Source: Defluviicoccus sp. (GTDB lineage Bacteria > Pseudomonadota > Alphaproteobacteria > MPNO01). From it: DNA of 64,000 bases. The notes beneath the pieces were generated by a model that saw only the letters and a program-made list of their open reading frames with translations, did not search any database and was not told where the DNA came from. The DNA lies in assembly GCA_022826125.1 (NCBI GenBank), contig JAJDVM010000319.1:1181-65180 (forward strand), read 5' to 3'. Both the position numbers and the translations under genes were made by a program. Of the stretch, positions 55,038 to 63,963 are shown piece after piece (the stretch's first letter is position 1; each line of letters opens with the position of its first letter).

Positions 55038-55601
55038 GTGTCGGAGTCTCAGGGCGGAGGCGACCCCATCGCCTCGCCGCGTATACGGGGCACAGTAAAG
55101 TGGTTCAACGCGGTCAAGGGATACGGTTTCGTCACGCCGGAGGATGGTTCGGGCGACGTTTTTCTCCACATGACGGTTCTGAGGCAGGCCGGTCTGGACA
55201 AGATCCCCGTGGGCTCGACCGTCGAGTGCGAGACGGTCCAGGCGGCCAAGGGGCTGCAGGTGCAAACGATCCTCGCGGTCGATCTTTCCACCGCCGTTCC
55301 GGAGGAGGAGGAGGGGTATTCGCGCGGCCCGCCCCCGGCCCCGCCGCCCCAGCCCGAAGCCACCGGCGATTTCGAGATGGCGACGGTCAAGTGGTTCAAT
55401 CCGCACAAGGGGTATGGATTCGTATGCCCGGACGAAACGCAGCTCGACGTGTTCATCCACATGGTGACGCTGCGCCGCGCCAACCTCGCGGGCCTGGTCA
55501 CCGGCCAGAAGGTGATGGTGAAGACGGCGCAGGGACCGAAGGGAATGCAGGCAGTGGAGATAATGCTGCCGGGTCCGGGTAGCGTCGATCAGTACGTTTA
55601 G
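55038..55601 (+). CDS. Tandem cold-shock-domain protein (two CSDs joined by a Pro-rich linker)
   Basis: Two RNP1/RNP2 sets (GTVKWFNAVKGYGFV...VFLH and ATVKWFNPHKGYGFV...VFIH). GTG start behind AGGGGGAA. AT-rich upstream region. Confidence 0.9.
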   Translation: MSESQGGGDPIASPRIRGTVKWFNAVKGYGFVTPEDGSGDVFLHMTVLRQAGLDKIPVGSTVECETVQAAKGLQVQTILAVDLSTAVPEEEEGYSRGPPPAPPPQPEATGDFEMATVKWFNPHKGYGFVCPDETQLDVFIHMVTLRRANLAGLVTGQKVMVKTAQGPKGMQAVEIMLPGPGSVDQYV

Positions 55602-55635
55602 CGGTTATCCCGCGTTCCGGAGCGGATGTCGGGCC

Positions 55636-56106
55636 TTGTTGGGTCGCCGGTCCCTGACCCTCGGCCTCGCCGCCAGTCTCGCCCTTGCCGCGATGCCGTC
55701 GGCCGGTCAGCGCCGCCTCGCGAAATTCGCGCGGAGCAGCCTCGTCATCCGGGGTGGCGGCCGTGAGCATCGTTTCTCGGTGGAGATCGCCCGGACGCCG
55801 CGCGAGCACGCGCAGGGCCTGATGTTCCGCCGCAGGATGGCCGCCGACGCGGGGATGCTGTTCGTCTACGATCCGCCCCGGCCGGTCTCGATGTGGATGC
55901 GAAACACCTACCTTCCGCTCGACATGTTCTTCATCGCGCCGGACGGGCGGATTTCTCACATCGTCGAACGAACGGTGCCGCTGTCGGAGGAGAACATCCC
56001 GTCCCGGGGGACAGTACGCGCGGTCTTGGAGCTCAACGCCGGCACCGCGGCGCGGCTCGGGATCGAGCCCGGCGCCACGGTGTTCGCTCCCGCCCTCGGT
56101 CGCTAG
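55636..56106 (+). CDS. DUF192 domain protein, secreted
   Basis: FSVEIARTPREHAQGLMFRRRMAADAGMLFVY...MWMRNTYLPLDMFFI is the DUF192 pattern. TTG start uncertain. Confidence 0.8.
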   Translation: MLGRRSLTLGLAASLALAAMPSAGQRRLAKFARSSLVIRGGGREHRFSVEIARTPREHAQGLMFRRRMAADAGMLFVYDPPRPVSMWMRNTYLPLDMFFIAPDGRISHIVERTVPLSEENIPSRGTVRAVLELNAGTAARLGIEPGATVFAPALGR

Positions 56107-56209
56107 GGCCTGCCTGGTCCGAGCGGACCTGCGGTCGCTGTCATGTCGCCAGCGTCCTGCGGCGTGCGGTTCCAAGTTATGCCATACTGCCCGCCATTCA
56201 TTAATCGAC

Positions 56210-57970
56210 ATGGAAAAAGGTATGACGACCGACGATAGCGGTCGCCGATCCGGCATGCGCTACGAGGCCGACGAGAAGCCGCCGCCGGCGCTCGCCCTGG
56301 GTCTCGGCCTCCAGCTTGCCGTCCTTACCGCCGGCGGTATCGTGCTGACGCCCGCTATCGTGGTGCGCGCGGCCGGCGGCTCCGAGGACTTTCTCGCATG
56401 GGCCGTGTTCGCCGCGGTGGCGATCAGCGGCGCGACGACCGTGCTGCAGGCCGTGCGCGTCGGCCGGCTGGGCGCGGGCTACGTGCTTGCGATGGGCACC
56501 TCCGGCGCTTTCATCGCGATCTGCGTCGCGGCCATCGCCAAGGGCGGCCCGGCGATGCTCGCCACGCTGGTGGTCGCTTCCGCCCTGTTCCAGTTCGCGC
56601 TCGCCGCGCGGCTGTCGTTGTTCCGGCGGATCCTCACCCCGACCGTCGCGGGCACGGTAATCATGCTGATCCCGGTCACGGTGATGCCGATCATCTTCGG
56701 CATGCTGAAGGCGGTTCCCGACGGCAGCCCGCAATTCGCCGCTCCGGTGAGCGCGCTGGCGACCGTGGCCGTCATCGCCGGCATCGCGCTCAAGGCGACC
56801 GGCGCGCTTCGCCTCTGGGCCCCGGTGGTCGGTGTGGTCGCGGGCTCCGTCATCGCCGGGTTCTACGGCCTCTACGACACCGACCGCGTCGCCGGTGCCG
56901 CCTGGGTCGGTCTCCCCGACGGCTCCTGGCCGGGGCTCGATCTCGGTTTCGGGCCGGTGTTCTGGACGCTCCTCCCTGCCTTCGTCTTCGTGACCCTGGT
57001 GGGCGCCATCGAGACGATCGGCGATTCCGTCGCCATCCAGCGCGTGTCCTGGCGCAAGCCCCGGGCTGTGGACTTCCGCGCCGTGCAGGGGGCTGTGGCC
57101 GCGGACGGCATGGGCAACCTCCTTTCCGGGCTCGCCGCGACGGTTCCCAACACGACCTACTCGACGAGCGTGTCGGTCACCGAGCTCACCGGGGTCGCGG
57201 CGCGCCGGGTGGGGATCGCGCTCGGCATCGTGTTCGTCGCCGTGGCGTTCCTTCCCAAGGCGCTCGCCGTGGTCCTGGCAATTCCGGGTCCGGTCGCCGC
57301 GGCCTACATCACCGTATTGCTCGCGATGCTCTTCGTGCTGGGCATGAAGATCGTCGTCCAGGACGGGATCGACTACCGCAAGGGGCTGATCGCGGGGATC
57401 TCCTTCTGGGCCGGGGTCGGCTTCCAGCACGGGCTGATCTTCCCCGAGTATTTTTCCGAGTTCGCCGGCGGGCTGCTCGAGAACGGCATGACGGCCGGCG
57501 GGCTGGTGGCGATCGTCCTGACGCTGTTCGTGGAGTTGACGGAGTCCCGCCGCCGGCGGATCGAGGTCGATTTCGATGTCTCGGAATTGCCCAGGCTCAG
57601 GGAATTCCTCGCCGGTTTCTCGACCCGTAGCGGCTGGGACGAGGCGATGATGCACCGCCTCGACGCCGCCGCCGAGGAGACCCTGCTGACGCTTCTGCGC
57701 GAGGACGAGGGGGAGGAACGGGCGGCGCGCCGACTGCTGCTCACCGCGCACCGGGAGGCCGGCGGCGCGATCCTCGAATTCATCGCCGCGCCGGGCGGGG
57801 ACAACCTGCAAGACCGGATCGCGCTGCTCGGCGAGCGGGCGGAGGAAACCCCCGACCGCGAGATTTCGCTGCGGCTGCTGCGCCATCTCGCCTCGTCGGT
57901 GCACCACCAGCAGTACCACGACACGGACATCGTGACCGTCCGCGTCGACGCACCGGCGGGATCGTCGTGA
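56210..57970 (+). CDS. NCS2 (xanthine/uracil/vitamin C permease) family transporter with ~140-aa C-terminal cytoplasmic extension
   Basis: The first ~445 aa form a 7+7-type polytopic permease (LGLQLAVLTAGGIVLTPAIV, AIETIGDSVAIQ). The soluble tail begins at ESRRRRIEVDFDV (nt ~57541). Confidence 0.82.
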   Translation: MEKGMTTDDSGRRSGMRYEADEKPPPALALGLGLQLAVLTAGGIVLTPAIVVRAAGGSEDFLAWAVFAAVAISGATTVLQAVRVGRLGAGYVLAMGTSGAFIAICVAAIAKGGPAMLATLVVASALFQFALAARLSLFRRILTPTVAGTVIMLIPVTVMPIIFGMLKAVPDGSPQFAAPVSALATVAVIAGIALKATGALRLWAPVVGVVAGSVIAGFYGLYDTDRVAGAAWVGLPDGSWPGLDLGFGPVFWTLLPAFVFVTLVGAIETIGDSVAIQRVSWRKPRAVDFRAVQGAVAADGMGNLLSGLAATVPNTTYSTSVSVTELTGVAARRVGIALGIVFVAVAFLPKALAVVLAIPGPVAAAYITVLLAMLFVLGMKIVVQDGIDYRKGLIAGISFWAGVGFQHGLIFPEYFSEFAGGLLENGMTAGGLVAIVLTLFVELTESRRRRIEVDFDVSELPRLREFLAGFSTRSGWDEAMMHRLDAAAEETLLTLLREDEGEERAARRLLLTAHREAGGAILEFIAAPGGDNLQDRIALLGERAEETPDREISLRLLRHLASSVHHQQYHDTDIVTVRVDAPAGSS

Positions 57971-58031
57971 GGAGGGTGGGCCGCGGGCCGGGTGTGCCAT
58001 CGGCCCCGGCGGCGCCATCGGACCAGTGAGC

Positions 58032-59315
58032 ATGAAGCCGCTTCCTGGCGCGCTCTTCGCGCTCGCGGTGGCTGTCGCGTTGCCAGCGGGGGCGACCGCC
58101 GCCGATGACGGAGACCCGGCGGACTGGCTGCGTCTCGCCGTCGAGCGCATGTGTCCGTGGCCCGACCTGTCCGGTCTCGACGCCCAGCACGCCGTACCCG
58201 GCAGCTGGTTGCTGCATGAGGAGCGCCGGCCCGAAAACGGGGAACCGCGGCGCATCGTCGTTCGCCTCCTGCTGCCGGGCTCCGACGAGCTCACCGTCGA
58301 ACGGCGGCAATTCAAGGGCAGGCTGCGTCGGTTCCGGGCGTCTTACGCCGTGCGGGACGGACACACCGCCCGGCCGTCTCTTCAGGCGATAGCGGATGGC
58401 GGGTGCACGATCCGGTCCGGCCGGGCGATCCGGGCCGGCGGCGATGCCTGGCGTTATCTGGATCAGCTGGAAGGTGACCTGAAGACGCTAAAGTGGACCG
58501 AAACCCTGCAGGCGCCGTGGCCGGAGGGGAGGGATCCCGGCGGCGTCCGGGTCGCTCTCGTGGATTCCGGCCTTGCCTACGATCTGCCTCTGTTTCGCGA
58601 CCGGCTGGCGCGAGACGACACGGGAAGGCCGCTCGGCTACGACTACTGGGACCTGGATCCCTGGCCCTATGACGGGGACGTGTCGCGCGGTCCTTTCCTT
58701 CCCATCCGTCACGGCACGGCCGTCGCATCGGTGCTCGCGCGGGAGGCGCCCGACGCCGCGCTGATTCCGTTCCGCTACCCGCGCCCCGACATGAGCCGCA
58801 TGGCCGATCTGATCGCGCGCGCGGCCGATGCGGGTGCTCGCATCGTCGCCATGCCGCTCGGCAGCCGCAGGCCGGAAGACTGGCGCGCCTTCGAGAGCGC
58901 GCTTCGCGGGCGCGACATCCTTGCCGTCGTCTCGGCCGGGAACGACGGGCGCGATATCGACGAGGATCCAATCTATCCGGCCTCGCTCGCGCTGGAGAAC
59001 ATCCTCACCGTGACTTCGGCCGACGCCTTCGGCCGGCTGGCCCCGGGATCGAACCGGGGAGCGGTGAGCGTCGATGTCATGCTGCCGGCCGAGAATCTGG
59101 AAATCGTCGATTTTCGGGGAGCGTCCGGGAGAGCGTCCGGCTCCAGCTATGCGGTTCCGCGTCTTGCCGCGCTCGCCGCCAGAATATTGGCGCGCGACCC
59201 GGAACTCGGCGCGGCGGAACTCAAGTCGAAAATTCTTGCGCGGGCGAAACCGTCGCCGTTCGAGCGCAGGGGCGTCGCCGCGGCCGGCTGGATTCCCGAC
59301 CCGCTCTCGGATTGA
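58032..59315 (+). CDS. Secreted S8 (subtilisin-like) serine peptidase with ~170-aa N-terminal domain
   Basis: Signal peptide MKPLPGALFALAVAVALPAGATA. Catalytic D (VALVDSG), H (IRHGTAVASVL), N (VVSAGNDG) and S (GSSYAVPRLAA). An alternative GTG start is at 58026. Confidence 0.82.
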   Translation: MKPLPGALFALAVAVALPAGATAADDGDPADWLRLAVERMCPWPDLSGLDAQHAVPGSWLLHEERRPENGEPRRIVVRLLLPGSDELTVERRQFKGRLRRFRASYAVRDGHTARPSLQAIADGGCTIRSGRAIRAGGDAWRYLDQLEGDLKTLKWTETLQAPWPEGRDPGGVRVALVDSGLAYDLPLFRDRLARDDTGRPLGYDYWDLDPWPYDGDVSRGPFLPIRHGTAVASVLAREAPDAALIPFRYPRPDMSRMADLIARAADAGARIVAMPLGSRRPEDWRAFESALRGRDILAVVSAGNDGRDIDEDPIYPASLALENILTVTSADAFGRLAPGSNRGAVSVDVMLPAENLEIVDFRGASGRASGSSYAVPRLAALAARILARDPELGAAELKSKILARAKPSPFERRGVAAAGWIPDPLSD

Positions 59316-59320
59316 GCGCG

Positions 59321-61345
59321 CTATCTGCGCGCCGGCGCGGGCGGTGCGTTGTCGATGAACCGGCGGGCCGCCCTGGCCTGCCGCGGATCGGCCTTCAGGA
59401 GCGCGCGATAGGCTTCTTCGGCGAGTTCCGGCGCGTTTCCCCAGACGCCCGACTGTATCCCGAACCGCAGGACCTGCGGGTCTTCGGGTGCCATCCGCAT
59501 CGCCCGTCGGGCGTACCCCGTCATCTCCCGGAACCGCCCGGCGAGTTGCAGGGACACCAGAAGCGAGACCCGCGCGTTGATCGAGTTCGGGACCTGCTCG
59601 ACGGCCTCGCGGTGCAGCGCGATGGCGCCTGCGAAGTCGCGAGCGCGCGCGAGCGCCCGCCCGGCCTCGAGCAACTGACCGTGGTTCATCGCCTCGACGC
59701 AGGTCTTCACGAAATCCTTACGGTCGGACCGGTCCGCCGCGCGCCGGCGAATGGCCTCTGTTCCCGCGGCGCAGTCGGACAGGCGTTTCCCCAGCCGGCG
59801 GGTCACCCTCGCGGCCTGTGGATCGGTGCGCAGGGACAGGAGGGCGCGAACCGCTTCCAGAGGCATCGCCTCGAACCGCCCTTCGCCGCCGCCGACGGCA
59901 ATCCCCACGAGCTGTCCGAGCTCGTCCACCAGCGCGCCGCCGCTGACGCCGGGCTGCATGCGCGCTCGGACATGAAGCCGTCCCAGGTCCGCCCCTTCCG
60001 CCGGCCTCGCGATCAGCCCGCCGGGCTCGAAGACGCGTACCGCCTTCCGGGCGATGTCGGCGCCGACGGCGTAGAAGACGCCCTCGTCGCGGACTTCCCC
60101 TTCGAGATCCGGCACGAACCCGTCCACGGGCAGACCCCCGACCTCGAGCAACGCAAGATCGCCGCGATAGCCGGACGGGATCACCCGCGCATTCCTCGGG
60201 CCGTCGGGGGTGAAGACGACGGCATCCGGACGGTCCGCGACGATATGCCGGTTGGTGACAAGGAGCGAGGGGCCGATCCGGGTCGCGCTCGCCATCGGAT
60301 CAAAGCTCGAGACCGGGAAGACCGCCTGCCGGACGTGGCAGACGGGTGCGGGGTGGGGGCAGTCTCCGGGCGGTTTCCGCCCGGACTGTGCTTCCGGCGC
60401 TCTCCGCCGCGCTTCGAAGGAGAGGGTTGCCACCCGCTGCCCTTCGCCGCGTTGCAGCGTGACGTCGAGCGGCTTGCCGGGGTCGCGTACGACGGCGAGC
60501 GCCGCGATCGCGTCGCGCGGCGTGCGAATTCGGCGGGCGCCGATCTTGAGCACCCTGTCTCCGGGCGCGATGCCCGCCCGCGCCGCCGGACCGTCCGCGC
60601 TCACCGCCCCGACCACGGGCGCGGCCACCCTGACCGGCCGGCCGCGCCCGGTCGGTCGCAGGCCCCAGCCCGCCGACGCGTACCGGGCCTCGCCATGCGC
60701 GATGAGCGCGTCGACCACCCGAAGGAGCAACTCTGTCGAGACGGCGAAGTTGACGCCAATGTCGGTGTCGCCCTTGGAGGCGAAGATCGCCGACATCATG
60801 CCGACCAGGCGGCCTTGCGCGTCCACCAGCGCGCCGCCCGACACGCCGGGGTTCGAAGCGGCGTCGGTCTGGACGAAGTCCTCGACCGGGTTGAATCCGG
60901 CGTTGGTCACGTTGAGCGCGGAAACCACGCCGCAGGTCACGGAAAGGCCGAGGCCGAACGCGTTGCCGATCGCGCATACCGGCTGCGCCAGCCGCGGCGC
61001 GGGCGCGATCCCGATCGGCGCGAGCCCGGCATCGACGCCGAGCACGGCGATGTCGCTCGCGGCGTCCTTCGCAATCAATCGCGCCGGCAGAATGCGCCCG
61101 TCCGAAAGACGAACGTCGATCCGTCTGGCGGGTTCGATCACGTGCCAGGCCGTCGCGATATGTCCCGGGCGCAAGACCACGCCGCTTCCTTCCGGCGCTG
61201 CGCCCGGCCGCCCTCCAGCGCCTCCTTGGGCGCGTCCGGGCCAGACGGGCAACACCGAAACCACCGACTCCAGCGTGTCGGCGGGCAGCGCGCGCGCGGC
61301 GATGGGTTGAACGCAGGCGAAAGCGACCAGAAGCGCAATCGTCAG
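59321..61345 (-). CDS. Secreted multidomain protease: S1C trypsin-like domain + PDZ + second trypsin-like domain + TPR-like C-terminus
   Basis: Domain 1 triad: ATAWHVI / SDIAVLGV / NPGVSGGAL. PDZ: VGAVSADGPAARAGIAPGDRVLKIG. Domain 2 triad: VTNRHIV / GDLALLEV / QPGVSGGAL. The tail is helical-repeat. The start is unresolved: CTG 61345 gives a signal-like LTIALLVAFACVQPIAARA, and the first GTG is at 61264. The track ORF runs through two tRNA genes and is too long. Confidence 0.75.
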   Translation of the reverse strand: MTIALLVAFACVQPIAARALPADTLESVVSVLPVWPGRAQGGAGGRPGAAPEGSGVVLRPGHIATAWHVIEPARRIDVRLSDGRILPARLIAKDAASDIAVLGVDAGLAPIGIAPAPRLAQPVCAIGNAFGLGLSVTCGVVSALNVTNAGFNPVEDFVQTDAASNPGVSGGALVDAQGRLVGMMSAIFASKGDTDIGVNFAVSTELLLRVVDALIAHGEARYASAGWGLRPTGRGRPVRVAAPVVGAVSADGPAARAGIAPGDRVLKIGARRIRTPRDAIAALAVVRDPGKPLDVTLQRGEGQRVATLSFEARRRAPEAQSGRKPPGDCPHPAPVCHVRQAVFPVSSFDPMASATRIGPSLLVTNRHIVADRPDAVVFTPDGPRNARVIPSGYRGDLALLEVGGLPVDGFVPDLEGEVRDEGVFYAVGADIARKAVRVFEPGGLIARPAEGADLGRLHVRARMQPGVSGGALVDELGQLVGIAVGGGEGRFEAMPLEAVRALLSLRTDPQAARVTRRLGKRLSDCAAGTEAIRRRAADRSDRKDFVKTCVEAMNHGQLLEAGRALARARDFAGAIALHREAVEQVPNSINARVSLLVSLQLAGRFREMTGYARRAMRMAPEDPQVLRFGIQSGVWGNAPELAEEAYRALLKADPRQARAARRFIDNAPPAPARR

Positions 61346-61350
61346 GACAG

Positions 61351-61443
61351 TGGCGGAGGGAGAGGGATTCGAACCCTCGATAGAGGTATTACCCCTATAA
61401 CGGTTTAGCAAACCGCCGCCTTCAGCCACTCGGCCACCCCTCC
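61351..61443 (-). tRNA. tRNA-Ser: tRNA-Ser (anticodon GCU), long variable arm, CCA encoded
   Basis: Reverse complement GGAGGGGTGGCCGAGTGGCTGAAGGCGGCGGTTTGCTAAACCGTTATAGGGGTAATACCTCTATCGAGGGTTCGAATCCCTCTCCCTCCGCCA. 93 nt, anticodon loop TTGCTAA. Confidence 0.93.
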
Positions 61444-61486
61444 GGCAGGGGCCAGCACTTAGCACGGCGCGGGCCGGAATAGAAGG

Positions 61487-61561
61487 TGGTGCCGCAGGAA
61501 AGGATTGAACTTTCGACCTCACCCTTACCAAGGGTGCGCTCTACCACTGAGCTACTGCGGC
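61487..61561 (-). tRNA. tRNA-Thr: tRNA-Thr (anticodon GGU), CCA encoded
   Basis: Reverse complement GCCGCAGTAGCTCAGTGGTAGAGCGCACCCTTGGTAAGGGTGAGGTCGAAAGTTCAATCCTTTCCTGCGGCACCA. 75 nt, anticodon loop TTGGTAA. Confidence 0.93.
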
Positions 61562-61666
61562 GCCGGGGGGGGTTATCTGCCACAGGCCGGGCCGGGCCGC
61601 AACGGATAAGGCGCCGCCTCACCGCTCCGGTCCGGACCCCTCCATGTCCCGAAGGGATACCGCCGG

Positions 61667-62368
61667 CTACGCCCTGCCATAAACCGGGACCACGGCGCCG
61701 CGTACGACCGCGTTAGCCGGCGAGGCGAGGAAGGCGACGGTCTCGGCGACCTCGGCGGTCTTCGGCCAGGCGGCGTGATCCGCGTCGGGCATTGCGGACC
61801 GGTTCGCAGGGGTATCGAGGATCGAAGGCGCGACCGCGTTGACCCGGATGCCCTCGCTCGCGACTTCCTCCGCCAGCGCCTGGGTGAGCGCGGCGACCGC
61901 GGCCTTGGCGGCGGCATAGGCCGCCATGCCGGCGCCGGTACGCGGTTCCAGGCCCGGCCGCGCCGAGACGTTGACGATGCGCCCGCCGTCCCCGGTCCGG
62001 CGCATTCCCGCGATCGCCGCCCGGCAGCACAGGTAGCAGGTCGCGGCGTTCATCGAGACTTGGCGTTCGAACATGTCGGGCGGGGCGTCCGCGATCCCGC
62101 CCATGTCGAACCCGCCCGCGAGGTGGATCGAGGCCCACAGACCCTCGATGCCGGAATAGAACCTTTCCACCGCGTCCCATTCGGCGAGGTCGCCCGCGAC
62201 GCTCAGACGGACCCGCTCGTCGCCCGCATGAGGGAACCGCTCCGCCTCGTCCTCGTCGATAGCCGGGATGTGGCAAACCGCGCCCGCGCCCGCCAATCGC
62301 CCGACGACGGCGGCGCCCAGCGCCCCCGCGCCTCCCGTGACGACTACGTTTCTGCGGTTCATGTCCAT
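61667..62368 (-). CDS. SDR family oxidoreductase
   Basis: 233 aa. VTGGAGALG, catalytic YAAAKAAV. Confidence 0.85.
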   Translation of the reverse strand: MDMNRRNVVVTGGAGALGAAVVGRLAGAGAVCHIPAIDEDEAERFPHAGDERVRLSVAGDLAEWDAVERFYSGIEGLWASIHLAGGFDMGGIADAPPDMFERQVSMNAATCYLCCRAAIAGMRRTGDGGRIVNVSARPGLEPRTGAGMAAYAAAKAAVAALTQALAEEVASEGIRVNAVAPSILDTPANRSAMPDADHAAWPKTAEVAETVAFLASPANAVVRGAVVPVYGRA

Positions 62369-62390
62369 GCCGTAGCTCCCCGGTGGGACA

Positions 62391-63848
62391 TCAGGCTTGC
62401 CTGCCGAGCGCCAGCGCTTTCTCGACCAGCGCGTCGCAGGCCGAGCGGTCGTAATTCAGGTAGTTGGCCGCCATGTTGCGTACCGGATCGGCGGCGTAGT
62501 AGCGCTCGTACTGGAGCTGTCTCATGCCGAACGCTTCGCCGCAGAGGTCCCAGGCGAGCTTGTAGAGGGCGACCCGCGCAGCGCCCGGCATCCCTTCGGC
62601 GCCCTGGTAGTAGCGCTCGATCTCCGGGCCGACCGGGCCTTCCAGATCGGCCGCGCTCGGCATGGAAAGGAGCCCGCCGGCGCCGATGGTCTGGAGGATC
62701 TCGATCACCCTCGGATAGGTCCGCGCCAGATAGGTGCGCGCCATGAACAGCGGCGCGATCTCGGCGCGTATCGATCCCGCCAGCGTCGGCTCGTGATGCA
62801 CCTCGGACCGGGTGATGCAGGCGCGAACGATCTCGATCGCCTCGACGCACTCGCCGAGCATCTGCTGGACGTGCAGGAATCGATCCGTCCTGACCGCGCG
62901 GGCGACCGCCATCGCGACCCCCACCGCGAATTCGAGCTTGACGAGGCCGCGCACCGAGGTCTGGTGCGCCGTGTACGACCTGAGGCTGGTGTCGGGAAAG
63001 ATAGCGTTGGCGATCTTCGCGTCGTTGTAAACAAACACCCGGTCCCAGGGGACCAGCACTTCGTCGAAGATCATCAGGGAATCGGGTTCCTCGAAATTGG
63101 CGGCGAGCGGGTGATCGGCGGCGTTCGTGTCGCCTCTGTCATAGGGCTCGCGGCAGATCTGGCGTAGCCCGGGCGCGTCGATCGGTACCGCGAAAACCAG
63201 CGCGTGCCGTCTGTCCTCCGGCGGCAGCCCGGGGATGTTGTAGATCAGCACCTCGTCGGCCACCGGGCCCATCGTCGCGATCATCCGCGCGCCGCTGACG
63301 ACGATGCCTTCGTCCGATTCCAAGACCAGCCCGAGATGCAGATCCTCTTCTGCCTGGGCCGACGACGCCTTCGAACGGTCGTTCTGCGGCGACATCAACG
63401 CATGCGTCAGGAACAGGTCGTTCTCGCGCACGAACTCGTAGTAACGGACCATGTTCTCGCCGAAGCGCTCGCCGCCCCGTGCGAACACCTCCGCCCCCTC
63501 GGCGAAGGCCAGTAGCGTGCAGTTCATGAAGTCCTGCGACCGCCCCATCATGCCGAGCGTGGCCTCCGCGAACGCCCGGTACGCGGCGTGCTTTTTCTCC
63601 AGGTCGACGGAATCGTGCGCCGGCATGAAGGCGGTGGCCACGGAAGCGCCCGAGGAGGGCGAGGGGTAGGTCAGGATGTCACGCGACCCCTTGTCGCTTT
63701 GCAGATCGAAAAGTCCGGCGAGCCGAGCAACCGGGCGGCGGAAGGCCGGATGCGCGGTGACGTCGCCGACCTTCTCGCCGCCGACCCAGACATCGCGCGG
63801 CCGGGCCTTGAGCCCCTCGATGTATTCCGCTCCTGTCCTGATCGGCAC
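62391..63848 (-). CDS. 4-hydroxyphenylacetate 3-hydroxylase (HpaB) family flavin-dependent oxygenase component
   Basis: IRTGAEYIEGLKARPRDVWVGGEKVGDVTAHPAFR... is the typical HpaB-family N-terminus, on an acyl-CoA-dehydrogenase-like fold. GTG 63846-63848 behind GGGAG is preferred to the longer track ORF. Confidence 0.85.
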   Translation of the reverse strand: MPIRTGAEYIEGLKARPRDVWVGGEKVGDVTAHPAFRRPVARLAGLFDLQSDKGSRDILTYPSPSSGASVATAFMPAHDSVDLEKKHAAYRAFAEATLGMMGRSQDFMNCTLLAFAEGAEVFARGGERFGENMVRYYEFVRENDLFLTHALMSPQNDRSKASSAQAEEDLHLGLVLESDEGIVVSGARMIATMGPVADEVLIYNIPGLPPEDRRHALVFAVPIDAPGLRQICREPYDRGDTNAADHPLAANFEEPDSLMIFDEVLVPWDRVFVYNDAKIANAIFPDTSLRSYTAHQTSVRGLVKLEFAVGVAMAVARAVRTDRFLHVQQMLGECVEAIEIVRACITRSEVHHEPTLAGSIRAEIAPLFMARTYLARTYPRVIEILQTIGAGGLLSMPSAADLEGPVGPEIERYYQGAEGMPGAARVALYKLAWDLCGEAFGMRQLQYERYYAADPVRNMAANYLNYDRSACDALVEKALALGRQA

Positions 63849-63963
63849 TCGGCACTCCCGAAGTCGCGCGATGGCGGCGATTGAGATTTGCGCTGGCGGG
63901 CACGCCGCCAAATGGGCAAAATGCCGCCCCCGAGGCATAGAAGCAACGATGGGAGACGACTAA

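Noticed and set aside
56107-56209. A purine/guanine riboswitch upstream of the NCS2 permease.
   Set aside because: The 103-nt spacer lacks the conserved purine-riboswitch loops and junction. Only a weak 5-bp hairpin is present.
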